A stretch of DNA of 64,000 nucleotides from Lytechinus pictus (lineage: Eukaryota), in the NCBI RefSeq assembly GCF_037042905.1, contig NC_087251.1, positions 4,714,001 through 4,778,000 of the forward strand, read 5' to 3'. Below are positions 43,801-56,400 of the stretch, in pieces. The notes below the pieces were generated by a model. That model saw only the letters and a list, made by a program, of their open reading frames with translations. It made no database searches and had not been told where the DNA came from. The first letter of the stretch is position 1. Every line of letters starts with the position of its first letter. Position numbers and translations under genes: made by a program.

Positions 43801-46800
43801 CGAAAACATTTCAGGGAATTCTTAATTTGTCTTGTTTTTGCAGAACTTTTATTGCCTTTACGACTTTTCAACATCTCACTACGTAAGTATATTCCTATAA
43901 TTATCTCTTGATATTATTCTTGGATGTTCATTATATACCATACCTATAAATGTTTCTTTGTTCATCCTCGTGTCAATTTATCATGTTTTTTTCACCAAAT
44001 GCCAGCCGCGTGTAATGAGATCTTGTTTTAACGTAGGATACTTGATTTGATTACGTAGATAGCTTGAAATAAAAACAATCTTTATTCTTTATCTCTAACG
44101 GTCATCCTGATCACTTTATACACTGTTATATAGCATCGTTGTTTTGACAGACAATTCAGATTAAATGCACCATTTAGAATTATTTAGTGAAAGCAACAGT
44201 TTTTGTGTGACGGTAAATTTAAGTGGTTAAATTATTATTTATCAACAATCACTCAATGAGCAGCTCAAAGTAAATAGCTGTACCCAAAGTGCGATATTGA
44301 GCACTATATAGATATATATACACATGTTCAGTATTTCTAGTGCTAACTATAGCACGTAACCTTAGCATTATACGTTTGGAAGTGTATAAATATTGCTATA
44401 TTCGTCTTTCTGTCCATATTTTATTTTTTGTATCATTTTCTCCAATTTATACTCGCGTCTTTCTACCGTCCACCCATCCATTTATTTACTCCCTCTTCCT
44501 CATAAACCACAAATCGTATACTCGCATATCCAATTTAAAACCTATCCACACCAGTCAATCAATCCGTCAGTTCTATACTCTCATCTATAAAGCGTCTGGC
44601 GTTTGTTAATATTTAAACTACTATTTGAGGTTCAATTACAATTTTAATGATCACATTTGAATAACCTGCACCCATTAGCTTCAATCTATTATCCTGTCAA
44701 AAACTCATTTTATGATTAAAGACTCGTCTGTCGCTTACAATGGAAAATGAAGTGAATCGAACCTGGTTATAATTTCATTCAATTTCCCGGAAAGTTACAA
44801 AAGAAATTAGTTCAATGATGTTAAATTCAAGGCGCATCGAAGAATCCAAACAAAGTGTTAAATAATTACATATTGCTTAAATGGCAGTCTAGTCTCGATA
44901 AAGGACATAAAATTATGAAATGTAGAATGCGTCGGGTAATATTATAAATTGACTGCAGGGGCGGATCCAGGATTTTCCAATATTTCGTCCAGGAAAATAT
45001 CTGACAAGCAAAAAAAAAGGTCTTCACTTAAAAAAAAAGGGACACACTTCTTTTTTAGCGGAAATTTTAAAATACAAATTTTAATTTAGCCTCTCAAAGG
45101 GGAGGGGGTCCATGGGCCGGCTTTGCCCTCCCCCCCACCTGGATCCGCCAGTGATTGACTGTCACGGTGGGTTTCGGGCAAATTTTCATCTATGTAAAAT
45201 GACTTCACAGATAGCTTACTTCCTCATATGATTACAACTATAATTACTATCGAGAACCCATAGGAGATTTTATAGATGGGCTATGTCCATTTTTGTTTCA
45301 GTATTGCTAATTATGAATATGTTAATTTGAAATATGATACGATTAAAGCTATTTTATACTGTGGATATCACAATCCATAAAAGTGATTGCGCGAAAGTTG
45401 ATTTACCAGTCTCCAGTACAATATACTTGAAATATATGCCCATTTGAAGATGTTGATTAGATTAAACATCACCGGAGTTTTGATATTTGACCTAATGTAC
45501 CTTTGCATACAATAAAAATTCTGGATATCTTAGAAAAGAAATGCATTTTAACGCTTACTCCATTTGAGATATATGGTCTCCAAGATGCCAAAATATCTGT
45601 GCAGAAAGTTCTGGAGATCCCAGATAAAAAAAAGAAAGGGGGACATATACGTTACTATCAAGGAACCAAAAGCTCTCTGATGGTGTGTTTAAAATTTACA
45701 TGTTAGTTTCTCAATAATCTTTGGATATGCCTGTACAATAATTCTTGCAAGTGTTCAATTGGTCTCTCACTTGTGTCTGCGCTCAGTGATCTTCTTCGGG
45801 GTTTTTCACATCATTTCTCAGGAATTGGTGATTTTTCGAAAATGTTCTGCAGTCGCCACAGTTGTTTTTCAGAAGATTCTTTAAAATTCATGAAAATTGA
45901 CCCGGTTGATCTGTCAATGTTTTCCTAAAATATTTATTTTTTCAGTTCCACTGTCGAGAGATATTGCAAATCACTAGTTTGATTACGATGACGGTGATTT
46001 CAAATCACGAACCTGTTCCAACATTGTATTTACAGAATGCTGAGCTTGCTTCCTTAAATTCGAGAGTGAATTATTACAAATTGTGATTGATTTTGGCACG
46101 AGATATGTTAGATAAGTGGTGAAATGTTCAGGACTTTTAAATAATGGAATTTTTTTGAAGAAAATGTTCGGGAGAATAAGAAAGGATAGACAATCTTTTA
46201 ACCTGACCAGCGAATATTCTCGAAATGTAAAAATTTAAAATGTCAATTTTACTTTTAAGACATATCATTTTAATCCCTTTGTTAACAATGCCTCTGAGTT
46301 TAATATCCAGTTTAACTCTGTACTATGTACTAATCTTAATGTCAGCAAGCCTGTTATCAAAATTTGTGGTAATAGTGTTGATACAGTTGATAATATCATT
46401 CACCACGGTCATGCTGTCAACAATAATGTCTATAATTTTGATACATCCAAATGTGCAGGGGATTTAAACCGTCAGTGTAATATGTTGTTGGCTATATTTT
46501 AATATGCTAATGCCTGTCTCAGAAACTTTATTTTTAAGAAACATTGTTCAAGTTGTTATGGGACTCAGATATTTCCTTCGTATGACAATAAAATTGTTTG
46601 GATAAATTATGCAAGTATTGGAGGATAGCAATAAGAAGAATATGGAAAATAACTTGACGAACTCATAATCGCTATTTACCTCACTTAGTGGGTGTAAAAG
46701 ATCCAATTCTTGTTTGAAAAAAAAAACGCTGCTTATCTTTTTAAATAAAGCAATGAATTACACAAATAATGTGATGTCATTTGGCATCGGTAAATATTGA

Positions 46801-47385
46801 GCCCATTCTGTAATGGGTGGTAACTTAAGATACTTACATTACAAATATTGTTTGACGATAAATGAGATTAACAAAAATTGGTCAGAGGTGTGTGACAAAG
46901 AAAGTGATGTTATTTTAACAGTTGACCAAACCATGGACCTTCTACTCAGTGTAGTAGGTCCATGATCAAATCAAAGAGCTATTATGTACACAGTGATTTC
47001 TATTCAGTACTCGTGTTATTATTTGTACTTTGTGAATATATTTGTTATTGTTGCATCATTGTGATTGTGCTTTTTTATAAAAGCAAATGAAGAAGAATTA
47101 ATAACAATAAACTATCTGCTGAGCTATTTTTTATTGTCATCACATAGGGATGGTAAAAACTCACAAGTAAATGATCATGGTTATCTTTGTTTCTGGCATG
47201 ATTCCTTTTTTTTAGCTCAGATATCAACACCTGTTCTTCGGCTTCCCAAACTCTTAAAATGGCACTCACTCGATACCTTCTTCGCTAAATGGGATAGGTA
47301 AGAATACTTTAAAGAGTACCGAGATGGGTAATGTGTGTGGGCGAAACAAGAGTGGAATGGGTGTACTCAATTACCCATTCTGTTT

Positions 47386-47427
<42 letters not shown>

Positions 47428-50400
47428 TTACCAACCACTATTATCGAAATGTAAAGTGTCATCGTTATTCATACAAAATTGTTACAATTTGTTTTCAGAT
47501 ATTATATATACTGCTTTGTTCATTTGATAAATAATGAAATTTTCTTTGAATATCAATTCTGTTAACACTAATCCTAAAGAAGCCCTTGTCTGAAAAATGA
47601 TAAGAAACTATATATTTCCCATTTGGATTTTGAAGGGATATTGTTGAAATTGGGGAAAAAAAACCTGAAGTATATCTGATTTCAAAATTAATCCTCTATA
47701 ACTGAAATATTTAAATTAGAATTCTTTACAGAATGTAGGCCTTATGAGAGAATTACCGTTTCTGGATTATTTGATATAATTTTGGTATGAATGATAATAG
47801 CATAGTAACGTGCATTATTGATTGTTTAACCCTAGTATCATCTTTCGATCTTTTTCATCTCAGCCGCACCAGTAATCCTAATCGCCTTCGTGCATTCAAG
47901 CTATCTATGTATCTAGCAATCAGTATACATTGGATCGCATGTTTTTACTACATGCTTTCTGAGGTAAGTAAGATATGTATCAAAGATGCGATCATGTTTA
48001 ATATATGAACCTCATTTTGAAAGCACATCGGCAGTCAAAATGAAATGGCACGTTACCATTACAAATCACTCGAATTGTTATTAAAAGAGAAGATCGTATC
48101 GGAAATTATGAAAGCAAGCGTAAAAATGTTGAATTGAAAGTGGAATAGCTTGATATTGTGAAATAATTTAGGGAGAATGATGATAGGAAAAGATAGAGAG
48201 AGAGGATGGGAGAGGAAGAGAGAGAGAGAGAGAGGGAGGGAGGAGTTGTACAGATTCATAGATAGATACATCATAGATACATACATGATAATAATAACGC
48301 TTTATTTTCCCAGGGTAGCCACTTCAGAATAGGAAACTTCTCTACAAGCGGGCCCTGCATAACGTGAAATAACACTGAAAACTCATTTTGTGCATGTTCG
48401 AACCATACCGCATTTCACCTTCCTGGTTTTATAACATTATTCAGATGAAATACCATTGGTTTTGTGAGCAGAAGTGGAAAATTATCTAATCGAAAACTCT
48501 TAAGATTATTCATATACCTTGTGAGCGCACAGCCACTGTCGCGTGTGTAGGGGTGGGGGTGGGGGTGGGTGAGGTGTATGGATGTGTGTGTTTGAGTTGT
48601 ATATGCAATGTTTTGTATGTATGGGAGTAGCAAGAGAGTGTGAGTCACCCGTTTGTGAGTGTGTGGGAGGATGTGTGTATTGTGGGGCGTTGCAAGAAAC
48701 TTGCGATCAATTGCAAGTCTAAGTTTCGTTCCCGAAATCAAGCATGCCGTGCAATTAATTGCAAATTTGCGATTGATTGCTAATCTGCTTCATGAAACAA
48801 GGAGTGTAATCTGATTTGCTAAAGTTAAAAGTGATCAATCAATTGTAAAACTGCAACAGAATATTTGCGATTGATTGCAAATATTTTCTTGCAACACCCC
48901 CTTGGTGTGCGCGTGTGTGCGTGTATTAGCAATAGGGAGGTGCCGTGGCCGAGTGGTCTAAAGGCGACCGCACACCTTACGATTGGTCTGCGACCTGATT
49001 TCAGAATAAAATGTAGTAGAATTTGATGATAATATTGAGACTTAGAATATCTTTCTGTGTAATGTTCTAAATCATCGTACGAATACCTATGTTCAAATAT
49101 GTGATTATGCTATCATCCTTCTTAGAATAAAAGCGAATTTAATATCTAGTCGCAATGACGTCATAGCAGTCGTACGATTGGCTACGATTTGAAGCTAATT
49201 TGGTCTATACTCCAAAATAAAGGCGTGCAATCTTTCAAAATGTTGATATTAGTATTCTTTCAATTAATTTTAACCTCAAATAAAATGATATGTTCCATTC
49301 ACATTTTCAGAAAATGAGCAAAATGCGATTTGTTCCAAAATCGGATCGCGAACAGTCGTAAGGTGTGCGATGGCCTTTAGGCGCCTGGCTATACATGGAA
49401 AGTCCGGGGTGTATTAGCAATAGTGGAGGTGCCGTGGCCGAGTGGTCTAAGGCGCCTGGCTATACATGGAAAGTCCGGTGTTCGATCCCCGGCCGCGGCA
49501 CCTATGCCCGTGAGCAAGGCATTTAATTTACAATGCTCTTTTATCCTGCTTTCAAATAAAAGGAAATGCTATAATTATTATTGGTAAATAGGTGTGCACT
49601 TATTTCACAAAAAAAAAGGAATTGCCTGCTCGATTGAATGGGTTTGAAATGCAGTTAGACCTGCCCTTGTCCAAGTTCATGCCACAAACCGCCATCTCAA
49701 ATGGCTACACATTTTGAACTCGATACAATAAATACAATCAATACAATATCCTTGTATCATTGATATTTATTTTTCAAGTCTCAAAATAGTGTAGACAGCT
49801 GGCAGCCGTCTGTTTCGAGGAGTTTAAAATTTTTTTTTTTTTAATTTCTCCTCGTACACAGACGGCTCGCTATGTCGTGCAACCACCATTAGGGGGTTGA
49901 AAATGCGGTGCCGGGTAAAAATGGCAGAGGTAATAATGGCAGAGGTAAAAATGGCAGAGGTAAACATGGCAGAAGTAATAATGGCAGAGGTAAAATTGGC
50001 AGAGGTAAAAATGGTAGAGGTAAAAATGGAAGAGGTAAAAATGGCAGAGGTAAAAATGGCAGAGGTAATAATGGCAGAGGTAAATATGGCAGAGGTAAAA
50101 ATGGCAGAGGTAAAGATCATGATATGCTACATCAACAAGGAAAAAGACAGAACCTTTTCGGTTAATATCAGTCATAGTTATTGAACTTGAATGGACTCCT
50201 CTCGACGAAAGGAGTATTATGAACTGATTAGATATTATATGGATTTTTCTGTCATCATTTTAGGTCTATACTTTATCGTTGATATGATCAAACTCAAACT
50301 ATTTCATGCCAAAATAATTTCAATTAGTGATTGATGAAAGTATTTATCTTGGCCAGTTCGTATAGTAGAACAGCACTTCATCCCATACATAACCAACAAA

Positions 50401-53400
50401 TTTTAATGTAAAGACCAATGTGCGCTACCATTAACACACTGAAATAGACAAGTTCGGGATTTCTTTGAACCACTGGCATAACTTGGATAACAGAAAAATA
50501 ACAAAACGTTCTGTAATAAAAGCAATTTTTCATATTTCAACATCATAATGGATCCGAATAGATATTGATATGATACGTATATAGTTTAATGTAAATGATA
50601 TAATAATAGCAACTAGTGTTCAGTTTTTCAGAGCAATACCTCATTGCACCTAGTCCAAGTGGATGTCAGGTTCCTAACCTAGTTTCTATGGTAACAGTTA
50701 CCGCATTAATTTTGAAATGTGTAGCGAATCAGGGATTTGAATTTTTAGGTGTTTCTTAGGTACCATTCTATCGACCTGTTTTGAAGGGGAAATTCACCCT
50801 GACAAATGGTTTACTGTAAAATTAGCAGAAAAATATATTGGTGAAAGTTTGCGGCAAGCCCATCAAAGATTAAGATAGTTATTAGAAGTTTGAGTTTTTA
50901 TGATCTGTGACGTCATATACTAGCAGCTGCCCCGTATTTAATGCACCAAAATGTATACTTTTCAATATTTTAATCAGTGGTTCATGATTGCTAAAAAAAA
51001 ATCTTTCAGGTGCGGATGTGAAATGATTTGTATGTTACAATAAAAGCTATTTTAAGAAATAAGAAATACCAACTCAAGTGTTATCAATTTGGTGCAGAAG
51101 ATCTACAGCATCATTTGAAAATGTTACCCTTTCCATTAGTCAAACATTATAATTCCAAATTTCTTCTCAGAACCTTTCATATTTAATCTACATGGAGGGG
51201 CTTTGGGGTTTCTTGGCATGGGGGTTTAAAACTGACCATTTATACCTCTATCATTTTTACCTTTGCCATTATTACCTGTGCCATTTTTTCCTGTGCCATT
51301 TTTACCTTTGCCATTTTTACCTCTGCCATTTTTACACCGAGCCGAAAATGCATATTCCCCCGACGGTACTCATCGATTTTTGTCTTTATTTCATAAAAAT
51401 ATATAAAAAGAACTGTACCAAAATAAAGATTTTGGCCTGAAATGCACCAAAACGGGGAAAATAAACTTAAAAGGGGGGAAAACAGTGACTTACTCCGGCT
51501 GTCGCGCAACTTCACTTCCCAGTTTTATCCGAACTTAATACATAAACATATGGCCATTGAGTCCCTGTACAGATCGAGCTAGAACTTCGGTCTCTGTATT
51601 TGGTGAGTGGAGCCAACGGAGTTCAGCGGAACAACCAACATAACAGAGACCGAAGCTTTTGGTCTAAAAATAATGCTGCTCGATATATTTCACTATAATT
51701 ACTAGGATTCACCTATTTCATAAATGCCGATTATTACTAAATTTTCTTGTTTGCTGCTATCATCATGCGACTGATTCTTGGCTCATCCTTTCTTCTTTCC
51801 ATGAGATTTAACTAATCGCTATGATTTATCCCAGTAATTTCCTTCATCTTCTCCCCTGTATAGTATACACTCACGTTCACACACTTCATCTGTGTCTTAT
51901 TTTCAAAAATATTACTCTTGTTGTTTTAGACCCGAAAATTACCATTTGCTTGCATTTTCTCATAGCCTTTATAATCATCATAATCATCTACAAAAAAAAA
52001 TCTGTTCGGCAGAATTACTATATCAGAATCGCCAAGAAATAAACATAAATCTTGCACTTCACACGTATGTATCAACGCTGTAGCGTAGCAACGAGCTTCC
52101 TGTGAAATTCAATTACCTTTTTTGAAGTTATTGTGTTTTCTTCGTCTTTATTTTTGTCTGTTTTATTTGTTTGTTTGGGTCCTTGTAGGGGTGGGGAAGG
52201 CTGCTGCTCTCCCCCCCCCCCTTTGGTTATTTGTCCTGGAAGCTGTGTAAAGTACCAAAATTGTATTTTAGCGAACGAGAAAAGTTTCAGCCATTAGAAG
52301 AAAGGTATATCTAAACGTTTTTAAGAGGTCCGTTATTTGTGTTTAATTTTTATCAGTAATAATTCCACATTGCCTTTTTGCCCGACTGTCTGTCCTTCTC
52401 TCTCACTCTTTAGAACTTGTATTCAATATTTATAAATTGTTTAGGGTGTAACCAAACAAAGTCATATTCTCCAAAAATAAACGCAGAAACATCGTTTGAA
52501 AGTGGTAGTGGGAAGTTTTATGTCCTCCATGAAAATAACGGCAACAATTAACAGAGCCATAAAACACTAATAGAACGCCATATGAAAATGTAGATGGAGA
52601 TGAGGTATATAGCAGCAGTCAGTATCCTGATATCCAAATGTTACTGCTTTGTGACGTGTGCTCCATCACTAACTATAGCTTTGATGGAAAGTCCACTAGC
52701 TAAACGCCATCAAAATACAAATAAATACACCCACAAATTATCATCAACAAAATGTCAGCTAATTGCTCACTAAACACTTTTTTTCAAGACAGGGATGACG
52801 TTTTTGTTTGTTAAAAGCGAACCGAGAAACCTAGATACTCAATCTTGGTTTGAAGATTGTAGACAGCTTTAGTATACGTAGCCTCTCATGAGGCACTGCG
52901 AGTGATCTTTGACTTGAACTCCATGCATTATTCAATATGTAAATGGACATCTGGACACAAATATGATCATTGTGTTTTTGTCGTTATTTCTTAAACAGTG
53001 GATTTTGTCATTATTATTTAGAGGGAACATGATGACAACCATCCTATACATTATTAGTTGGAGGTATAAATCAATGTCATAAGCAATGTCACCATTTTGC
53101 CGTCATTCATTTATACTAGTTCCTTGGATCGTCAAAGAAAAATTATAATTGCAAAATTTAAACTAGTCTTAACAGTTGTTTTTAAGCGTAGTAATTACAA
53201 TTATACATCATTTTCATCAAGTGGAATATCTGTTTTTAGCCTACTCGTTAATAAATATCCGCCGTAGAAAAAAAAGGCAAATGAACTTGAGTCTCCCCCC
53301 CCCATACGAACCAAGATGTTAAATAAATGGATAGAGAATCAACATTTAGAGCCTTGTTTACGTGGAGGCATTCCTTATCTTTCATTCAAAATTCTAGTCA

Positions 53401-56400
53401 TGATTTAAATTGGTCACAAAATAATGAAGGACCCACTTGTAAATGATATTGACATTAAATATCATCTTTCTATAGCGCAGTAGATATTGCAGTGAATAGA
53501 TCAATATATCGCATGCTTACTTGATGCATCTCAATTCCTGACAACGTCTTTATAATGGCCACTTGTTTACCATCTTTCATCTATTTTTTTTAAATGGTTT
53601 ACCATATCAGTGTTGTACTGCGAGAACATGATGAAGGAGAAAAAGTAGAATGCATTATTGAAAACAATGTCAGATAAACCATTAGTGTGGACTACAATCG
53701 AATACATTCTTTTTTTTCATTCAGTTAATGTATAATCATTGAAAGTGTGGGGTCAATCTACATTATAATTATATTATTAATCATAGCATCTTCTCCCTTT
53801 TCCTTATAAACTACATTTTGAGATATTGACGGACATTGATAACAAAATATGATACTCTATTCCTCCACAGTTCGAAGGTTTCGGGGTAAATGCTTGGGTC
53901 TATCCTTTGGATACAATGGAAGAAGATTTCACGAGGTAAGACTTTCATGAGATGTGGAAAGCATGGTACCCATCATCAGAATGAAAGCAAGGGGAAAATA
54001 AAGAGTTTGAAGAAGAAGAGAAGGAGGAAGAAGGAGGAGGAGGAGAATAACAAGAAGACGAACAAGAAAAAGAAGAATAAAAAGTTTGAAAAGGAAGAAG
54101 GAGGAAGAAGGAGAAGAAAAAGAAAAAGAAAAAGAAAAAGAAAAAGAAAGAGTTTGAAGAAGAAGAGAAGTAGGAAGAAGGAGTTGGAGAAGAAGAAGAA
54201 AGAGGAAGAAGATGAAAAAGAAGAAGATGATGATGATGATGATGAAGAAGAAGAAGAAGAAGAGGAGGAAGAAAAAGAAGTACAAAAAAAGAATATATAA
54301 AAATATATTTTATGTTGTACTATACAGGCATTATTATGTTTTCTCTACCACTAGCAAATATATCAAGATAATGTATTGGTCCACTGTAACACTGACGACT
54401 ATCGGAGGAACTCCAAATCCAGTTACAAATACGGTAAGTTATCATCCCTCCTCCATTCCTACCCCCTGATTGAGGAGGGAAGTCAAAGAAAAAACGGTTC
54501 ATGGGATCGTGTCACTTCCATGAACATTATTATAAAAGCAATCTATCTGTATAAAGTACCGAAGCGATGGCGTCAGTTGCCATGGTGTCATGGCTGCCCG
54601 GTTTGGTACTCTATATGACGCTATCTTAATTACAAAGTAAAATAGCCAAATACTATTTTTGATGTTTTTACCATGTATTGTATGTAATAGGCCCGTTGAA
54701 TTTGTAAGTCGTAATCCTGAATATTTATTACACAATCTCTTCATTTGAGTAGCTCCGGCCCCGCTCCGGCCTGGACAAGCCCATTTCTTGACCTCTTTGG
54801 CGACGATAAGTTGCCGTTTTCCCCATTACCATAGACAAGCCTCATTCAATGAAGGATTGAATTTCTCTGGAACGAAGAAGTTAGGATCGATGGCCACAGC
54901 TCTCTCCACTCTGTCTGAATTATTTTAGTAAATTCATATGTCGCCCTCTTTCGTCTAAATACAAGCGCGGTTTCCCATCAAATTGTAGTTCAATCAATGA
55001 TTGCTTTCGGGGGGGGGGGAAGAAGTGATTCGTGCAATGTTGTTTGCCAGATGAGTAGTCTAGCGCCATCTTTCTTGTCTACTCGGCGTCTTTGAATAAA
55101 AATTAATTTTTATTCATTACTAGTAGTTCATTACTGTATGGTTTATGATGTAATTAAAAAGAACACATCGAATCAAATTATTACATTAATTTCGTACATG
55201 CTTATGATCCCGAAATAAACTTATGTCATAATAACCGATCTTTAGATAATGGTATTTCTAGTTGTTGTATTTCATATGGGTTTTAAGGCGCGTACCATTC
55301 AAAATGTGAATGTGAATATTTTCACCTACTGATTATTCTAATTTTGTGGTTATAAAATGATAAATGGATTTGTCAGCGCTGCTTTAAATGCAATTCGTTG
55401 GGCATTGTGACAGGTTGGTCATCACAATCATTGATTGTTTGAAAAGTATTTTCTGGCCAACCTCGTTTGGCACTTTGCTTGCTCAGTAGCAAGCACTGTC
55501 ATGGCCCCTCCAATGCCCAGGCAAGGCCGTGTGATGCCTGTCAACAGGAGGCGATTCGGAGTATTCTTCTAAAGCCCTTCAAAACATTACTCTGGAATTT
55601 TGAGAAACAAATCTTTTAATTGAAAAAAAATTGATTTAGCTTCAAATTTTCAATATAATTACAAAGTAAAGCAACATAATTTAAAAGTATATAGTGTTTA
55701 CATCAGTAAACAGTCGAGGTAGAATAACAAGGCATGAGAAACATTTTCACATTCGAAATACGGATGAAAATACCTTTTAAAAATAATAGCCACGTCACAA
55801 TCGCTTACATATCATTATTCTTCATGGTTTTACCTCAAAGACTATGCCATATTTACTAATATTTAATTGCTGTAATTATTCAAGGACATTTTTTTTTCTA
55901 GGAATATGCATTTACAGGGATGACATTTTTAATAGGCGTGTTCCTATTCGCAGCTGTTGTTGGAAATGTTGGCGATGTGATCAGCAATATGAATGCTTCC
56001 AGACAAGAATTCACAACTAAGTATGCTTTATTTCATTAAGATAGTTGCTGTACAATTTATAATAATGTGTATTTATGAAGTTCCGTTTCGCACAAGACCT
56101 GATTCATAACGAAGAGAGAGAGAGTGAGAGAGAGAGAGTGAGAGGGATTGGACGGAGCGGGGAGGGAGAGCGACTAAAACGATACCTGCTGGAAGATAAA
56201 ATAACCAGGGGGATAAGGGAGGTAAAGGCGGGAATATTCTATTCCTCAGAATATGCAAAGTTTGCCGAAATTTTTTGAAATTATGATCAGAATGGCATTT
56301 TTAATAGGCGACGAAGAACAAAAATTGAACACACATAAAACATTTTGACAATGATTCCATGACGAAAATGAGAGTTCGAAATAGGTGCATTAAAATTAGT

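Noticed and set aside
49428..49502. Functional tRNA gene
   Set aside because: Anticodon arm does not pair and it continues into a SINE body.
49824..50184. Repeat-protein ORFs (MAEVK)n, (GKNGR)n, (IFTSA)n
   Set aside because: Translations of a 15-bp transposon subrepeat that is open in many frames.
53890..54300. Lys/Glu-rich 136-aa ORF
   Set aside because: Low-complexity intron between exons 9 and 10; out of frame with the channel.
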